Positions 60,801 through 64,000 of a stretch of DNA of 64,000 bases are shown here, piece after piece; the stretch's first letter is position 1; each line of letters begins with the position of its first letter. Origin of the DNA: an uncultured delta proteobacterium (lineage in GTDB: Bacteria > Myxococcota > Myxococcia > Myxococcales > Myxococcaceae); contig CAVZMH010000020.1 of the NCBI GenBank assembly GCA_963776345.1, positions 32,001 through 96,000 on the forward strand, written 5' to 3'. The position numbers were made by a program, and so were the translations under genes. The notes beneath the pieces were generated by a model. That model saw nothing but the letters and a program-made list of their open reading frames with translations, was not told the DNA's origin and did no database searches.

Positions 60801-61885
60801 CCATCTTCCAGTGGGAGTTCGACATGAACTCGGTCAACAGCGCGTTCGCCAGCGCGCGGCTGGGCAACCCGAGCGCGCTCCTGCCGGACACCAACGGGAC
60901 GCGGCATGCGCCGGTGGTGGCGCGGGTGGACTTCGGGAGCAGCGGCTCCGCCGACTGCGGGACCGGCACGGGGAGCTGCCGGAAGTGGGTGGCGGCGGTG
61001 GCGACGGACTACCTCCCCGCCTCGGGGTACGCCGGCGCCATCTACCTCATCGACCTCACCACCGGCGCGCCGGTGGTGGTGAACGGGAAGCAGGTGGGGG
61101 TGGTGCCCCTGGAGCAGGGCGAGGGCGTCGGCGGTGAGCCGGCCTACGGCGACGCCACCCCCGGAGACGGCACCTCCGACGTTCTCTACGTGCCCTCGAC
61201 CAGCGGGCGGGTGTACCGGCTGAACCTGAGCAAGCGGGACGAGAGCCAGGCGCTCGGCTCGCGCATTCCCAAGTGCCTCATCGCCAGCGCTCCGCTCGCG
61301 GTGGGCGGGGCCGACGGGCCGCTGGAGGAGATCCACTCCGGTCTGGTCTCCCGGCCGGGCCCGATCACCGACGGCAAGTCCACGGTGATGTTCTTCTTCG
61401 GCACCGCGGACAGCCCGGACGATCCGTACGACGCGACCGCCTCGAGGTACTACGTCTTCGGCTACACCGATCCCGATCCGCTCGGCACCTGCCCCAGCGC
61501 GCCGGTGGCTCCCACCTGGAGCCAGGCGCTCGACGCGGGACAGCGGGTGTGGGGCGGGGTCTCGCTGGACTCGAACTACGTCTACGTGACCACCGCGGTG
61601 GGCAACGCCGCCGACGCCTGCAACCTCAGCAACAACGTGAGCGGCAAGTATTACAGCTTCGGCCAGGGCGACGGAACGGCGCAGTCCGGCAGCGGCAAGG
61701 ACCTGGGCGGCCACTCGCTCAACTCTCCGGTCATCTACGACGGCCACGTGCTCAGCGTCAGCGTCACCGGGCAGGCCACGGCCTACGGCGACGCCGCCTG
61801 GAACAACAAGACCAACTTCACGCCAGCCACCGCGCCGAGGGTCATCCTGTGGGACGTGTCGACACAGTCGCAGCTCCCCAAGTGA
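57887..61885 (+). CDS. pilY1: PilY1-like type IVa pilus tip adhesin with DUF4114
   Basis: Signal peptide, DSDGDGIPD Ca-loop, FEDLSGGGDRDFNDVVF (DUF4114), GMLHAF, DASP.VAD, FALDIT, FFGT beta-propeller motifs. Confidence 0.88.
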   Translation: MKRTMIAAVALLSCVAMVAHAGSLAALCQDSLAQNRQPDFADGGFQSLKTVQVVGTPAVLRLNTNLDVLNPQKIQLPFDQNVSISYVYEAGGAGWALGWLYADDLVKRGYLDANGNLLDSDGDGIPDFHEDIYNLSQNRYVGKYRKCGATPPTFTWNGVNLVEPEIATDSCGTTFGTTSKTAILADGGMGSVSGWQVGKASGSTPTTPTVEYTDNGLYARIPNLLEPADPLNGGLGLGHLIFLNADDDSDTTTKALVPVADISSKVDGVPDYDVSAYDGNGRLLPAGSNPDPGVSLYDRTLNLGTLPGSREIIFYLVVYYTSQGQAGCLGRVGGVCKLWLNTPVVVHFSRTDLNMDENLNTANPAATVDIGCGYPNTCSLDGGTYTGWLDSATLTRLAAPDGGYGLTMPHEVVSVPRSSTNRMPHVIVGAPSTDPFRWIIGFEDLSGGGDRDFNDVVFQINKSNGGTVTSGIVSNDISPTDVQNLTITNIRFKKDDNAIYQASGPANACSGPPKASIDYYVAVDCKVCASGVCTENPNPSWTRVPLPAGNPSEVTFNVLDLGFTGSQLCWQARLSSPNQYCQPTINSVSVGYQAVRSGSYSRSSLSTVGNAFVYGTYETPGQGWTGPWPTSPPAPSTRNYDGKPDLSTRGHLYLKSIYDPEAPTLTHSVQRWDSGGQLVTDLTAGSPSSRRLLTVDSTGKIAALSTVNAAEDLLLPATQLCRVNGGRYVFDLNGDGVCTSSDRDFVKDWLYGWEDNQPPGPVGSRRAWPMGGVNLSTPAVVGPPTYPSWYYNTTGDEQTAFQTRFVSGVLNGSPLSARNTYTYVNTSSGMLHAFAAGHYSPATSDPCLGQRGTTLYRGFFQPTGACVPPPGINPRNYGTGAERFVFLPRSLLGRYVNSYVGPTITGAPSASLDASPAVADVDLGGLGSSVLPWTISNKLGQGAKTMLVSAAGRGQSTVFALDITQPDLDTYPIFQWEFDMNSVNSAFASARLGNPSALLPDTNGTRHAPVVARVDFGSSGSADCGTGTGSCRKWVAAVATDYLPASGYAGAIYLIDLTTGAPVVVNGKQVGVVPLEQGEGVGGEPAYGDATPGDGTSDVLYVPSTSGRVYRLNLSKRDESQALGSRIPKCLIASAPLAVGGADGPLEEIHSGLVSRPGPITDGKSTVMFFFGTADSPDDPYDATASRYYVFGYTDPDPLGTCPSAPVAPTWSQALDAGQRVWGGVSLDSNYVYVTTAVGNAADACNLSNNVSGKYYSFGQGDGTAQSGSGKDLGGHSLNSPVIYDGHVLSVSVTGQATAYGDAAWNNKTNFTPATAPRVILWDVSTQSQLPK

Positions 61886-62400
61886 GGAGCCGGCGCGGGA
61901 CCACGCTCATCGAGGTGATGGCCGCCATGGGCGTGATGGCCATCGGCATCGCGGCGATCGGATCGCTGGTGCTCGCGGCCAGCTCCCAGAACCGGCGGAC
62001 CCTGGCCATGGCCCAGGCGGAGGCGGTGGCCCAGCGTGAGCTGGAGCGGGTGCTGGCGCTGGGATGCAGCAACGGGAACTCGGACACCGCCTTCTGCGAC
62101 AACGTGCGCGCCCTGGACCGGACCGGGTACGACGTGGCCTGGGGCGTCTCCACGCTCCCCGGGACGGCGCCCACCGCCGCGACCCGTCCGTACCACGTGG
62201 ACATCGACGTGGACGGACCGGGCGACTGCAACGGCGCCCCGTGCTTCGAGGGCGGCGAGACCGGCGCCCCGATCCTCGCCCGGACGCTGGTGCCCGGCCA
62301 GCCGCCGCCGCGCCTGCTCAACGTCCGGGTGACGGTGAGCTGGACCGAGCGGGACCGGCCGCGGCAGGCCGTGGCGCTCCAGACGCGGGTGGCCCCATGA
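61882..62400 (+). CDS. pilV: PilV-like minor pilin
   Basis: RRG-TTLIEVM type IV prepilin motif. Confidence 0.8.
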   Translation: MRSRRGTTLIEVMAAMGVMAIGIAAIGSLVLAASSQNRRTLAMAQAEAVAQRELERVLALGCSNGNSDTAFCDNVRALDRTGYDVAWGVSTLPGTAPTAATRPYHVDIDVDGPGDCNGAPCFEGGETGAPILARTLVPGQPPPRLLNVRVTVSWTERDRPRQAVALQTRVAP

Positions 62401-63569
62401 CCCGGCGCGGCTTCACCCTCATGGAGGCCATGGTGGCCAGCGCCATGGGCCTGGTGGTCCTCACCGCGACGCTGACCGTGGGCGTGCAGCTCCAGCGCAA
62501 GGCCATCTTCGAGCAGCAGAGCTCGCTCATCCAGGGCGGGACCCAGGCGGTGGCCGAGTTCTTCGGGCCCATGCTCCAGCGCGCGGGCGAGGGGATGGGC
62601 AACGCCCGCATCAACCTCGGTGGGAATGCCTTCGTCTACGCCATCCAGGTGACCACCGGGGACACCTTCGGCGGCTTCCCCGGCTTCTCCCCCCCGCCGC
62701 CGGCCTACGCCGACCGGATCTCCGACTCGCTCCAGCTCCGGTGGGGCGACCCGACCGCGGTGGTCTCGCTCGGCGCCTGCGCGCTCTCCGGGGCGGACGG
62801 CGGCACGGGTGGTTTCTCCCGCGAGAGCTCGGGGCTGTGCACCGTGACCCAGGCGAGCGCGCTCGACGCCGGCACCCCGGTGTTCGTGGTGAACCCGGAC
62901 CTCCCGGAGGCCTGCTCGCAGATCGTCACCGGCCCGGCCGGGTCCGAGACCCCCGGGGTGCACGCGGCCACGCTGCCGGCGACGCCCTACCCGAACTCGA
63001 CCGACGCCCCGGCGGGCGACGGCTGTGCGATGGGCGGCTCGCTGTTCGCCACCCCGCGAACGGTGGTGATGCCGGCCGGCGGCGTCACCTTCCGGGTCAA
63101 CTGGGAGAGCGGCGCACCGGTGCTCGAGTACACCAACCGGGCGCCGCCGCTTCCCGGCGACACCTGGACCGAGGTGAGCCGCGACGTGGAGCAGATGACC
63201 GTCGCCCTCGGAGTGCACGACCTCACCGCGGACGCGGGAGTCCCCATGACCTGGTACCCCGGCGCGGACGGGGGCGTGCCGATCGACCAGTGCCTGGGCG
63301 CGAGCCCGAGCGGCAGCTGCGCGGTCCCGGGCGGGATGGGCCCTCCGGCGCTGGACCCGACGACCTGGGACGCCCTGATGCGGCGGGTGCGGGCGGTGGA
63401 GGTCCGGCTGGTGGCGCGCTCGAGCCGGCGCGAGCGGCCCGATGCCATGGCAGCGGACGGCGGGAGCTTCGTCCGCGACGAGGACGGGAACCCGGACGAT
63501 GGCTTCGTCCGCCGGACGCTGGTGCTGACGCTCGCCCCGCGAAACTACCAGCTGGCGGGGAGCTTCTGA
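62397..63569 (+). CDS. pilW: PilW-like minor pilin
   Basis: RRG-FTLMEAM prepilin motif; DVEQM.V..G; VRAVEVRLVARS. Confidence 0.8.
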   Translation: MTRRGFTLMEAMVASAMGLVVLTATLTVGVQLQRKAIFEQQSSLIQGGTQAVAEFFGPMLQRAGEGMGNARINLGGNAFVYAIQVTTGDTFGGFPGFSPPPPAYADRISDSLQLRWGDPTAVVSLGACALSGADGGTGGFSRESSGLCTVTQASALDAGTPVFVVNPDLPEACSQIVTGPAGSETPGVHAATLPATPYPNSTDAPAGDGCAMGGSLFATPRTVVMPAGGVTFRVNWESGAPVLEYTNRAPPLPGDTWTEVSRDVEQMTVALGVHDLTADAGVPMTWYPGADGGVPIDQCLGASPSGSCAVPGGMGPPALDPTTWDALMRRVRAVEVRLVARSSRRERPDAMAADGGSFVRDEDGNPDDGFVRRTLVLTLAPRNYQLAGSF

Positions 63570-64000
63570 TGACCCGCCGGGCATTCACCTTGCTCGAGGC
63601 GATGACCACCTGCGCGATCATCGCCGTCCTGGCCGCCCTGGCGATGGAGAGCTGGGATTCGGCCATCGCCCGGGCGCGGGCCAACGACGCGGTGATGGGC
63701 GTCTACGGACAGCTGCTCGCGGCACGGAAGATCGCCCGCACGCACAACCAGCCGGTGCGGCTGGCGATGGTGCCGGACGGGGGCGTCACCCTCGCCCGCT
63801 GGGAGCGGCTCCCGTGTGACAACGAGGTCTTCGGGCTCGGCTGCCCCTCCGCCGCCTGCGCCACCACCGACGCCTGCGGCGGAGGCTCGTGCCCCTGCCG
63901 GGACACGGGCGACTGGGTGACGGTGCCGTCCACCGTGGACCTCAGCGCCTGGGCGGGTCTGTGCTTCCGGGGCGGCACCGGTCAGGCGGTGCCCCGGGTG
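63569..64000 (+). CDS. fimU: FimU/FimT-like minor pilin (runs off the window)
   Basis: MTRRA-FTLLEAMTTCAIIAVLAALA prepilin motif; AR..AR..NQPV. Confidence 0.75.
   Translation, partial: MTRRAFTLLEAMTTCAIIAVLAALAMESWDSAIARARANDAVMGVYGQLLAARKIARTHNQPVRLAMVPDGGVTLARWERLPCDNEVFGLGCPSAACATTDACGGGSCPCRDTGDWVTVPSTVDLSAWAGLCFRGGTGQAVPRV

Overview
High-GC bacterial chromosome segment. Gene content (tfcP-pilY1 minor-pilin cluster, long TPR proteins, serS-tRNA-tadA-ffs-dnaX-ybaB-recR block) points to a myxobacterium (Myxococcota). It is mostly housekeeping: about 55 CDS, five tRNAs (all four tRNA-Ser isoacceptors plus tRNA-Arg-ACG) and the SRP RNA. There is no integrase, transposase, prophage or CRISPR array. 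Top leads: (1) dnaX stops at ...CCC TTT CGC GGC TGA after the gamma-sized part and the tau C-terminus continues in the +1 frame, either a programmed +1 frameshift or an indel error. (2) An unannotated sigma54-type promoter with an upstream palindrome drives a ~75-nt two-hairpin, terminator-ended candidate sRNA (16350-16452). (3) A dispersed AT-rich palindromic element (16043, 46063) and an 81-bp hairpin tandem array (55568-55966). (4) A SahR-like regulator-metH-core-MetE-like operon. Caveat: several single-base indels break ordinary genes (TPR gene, metH, spermidine-synthase-like gene, vapB, mutY, tatD). They look like long-read consensus errors, so any frameshift claim needs read-level checking.
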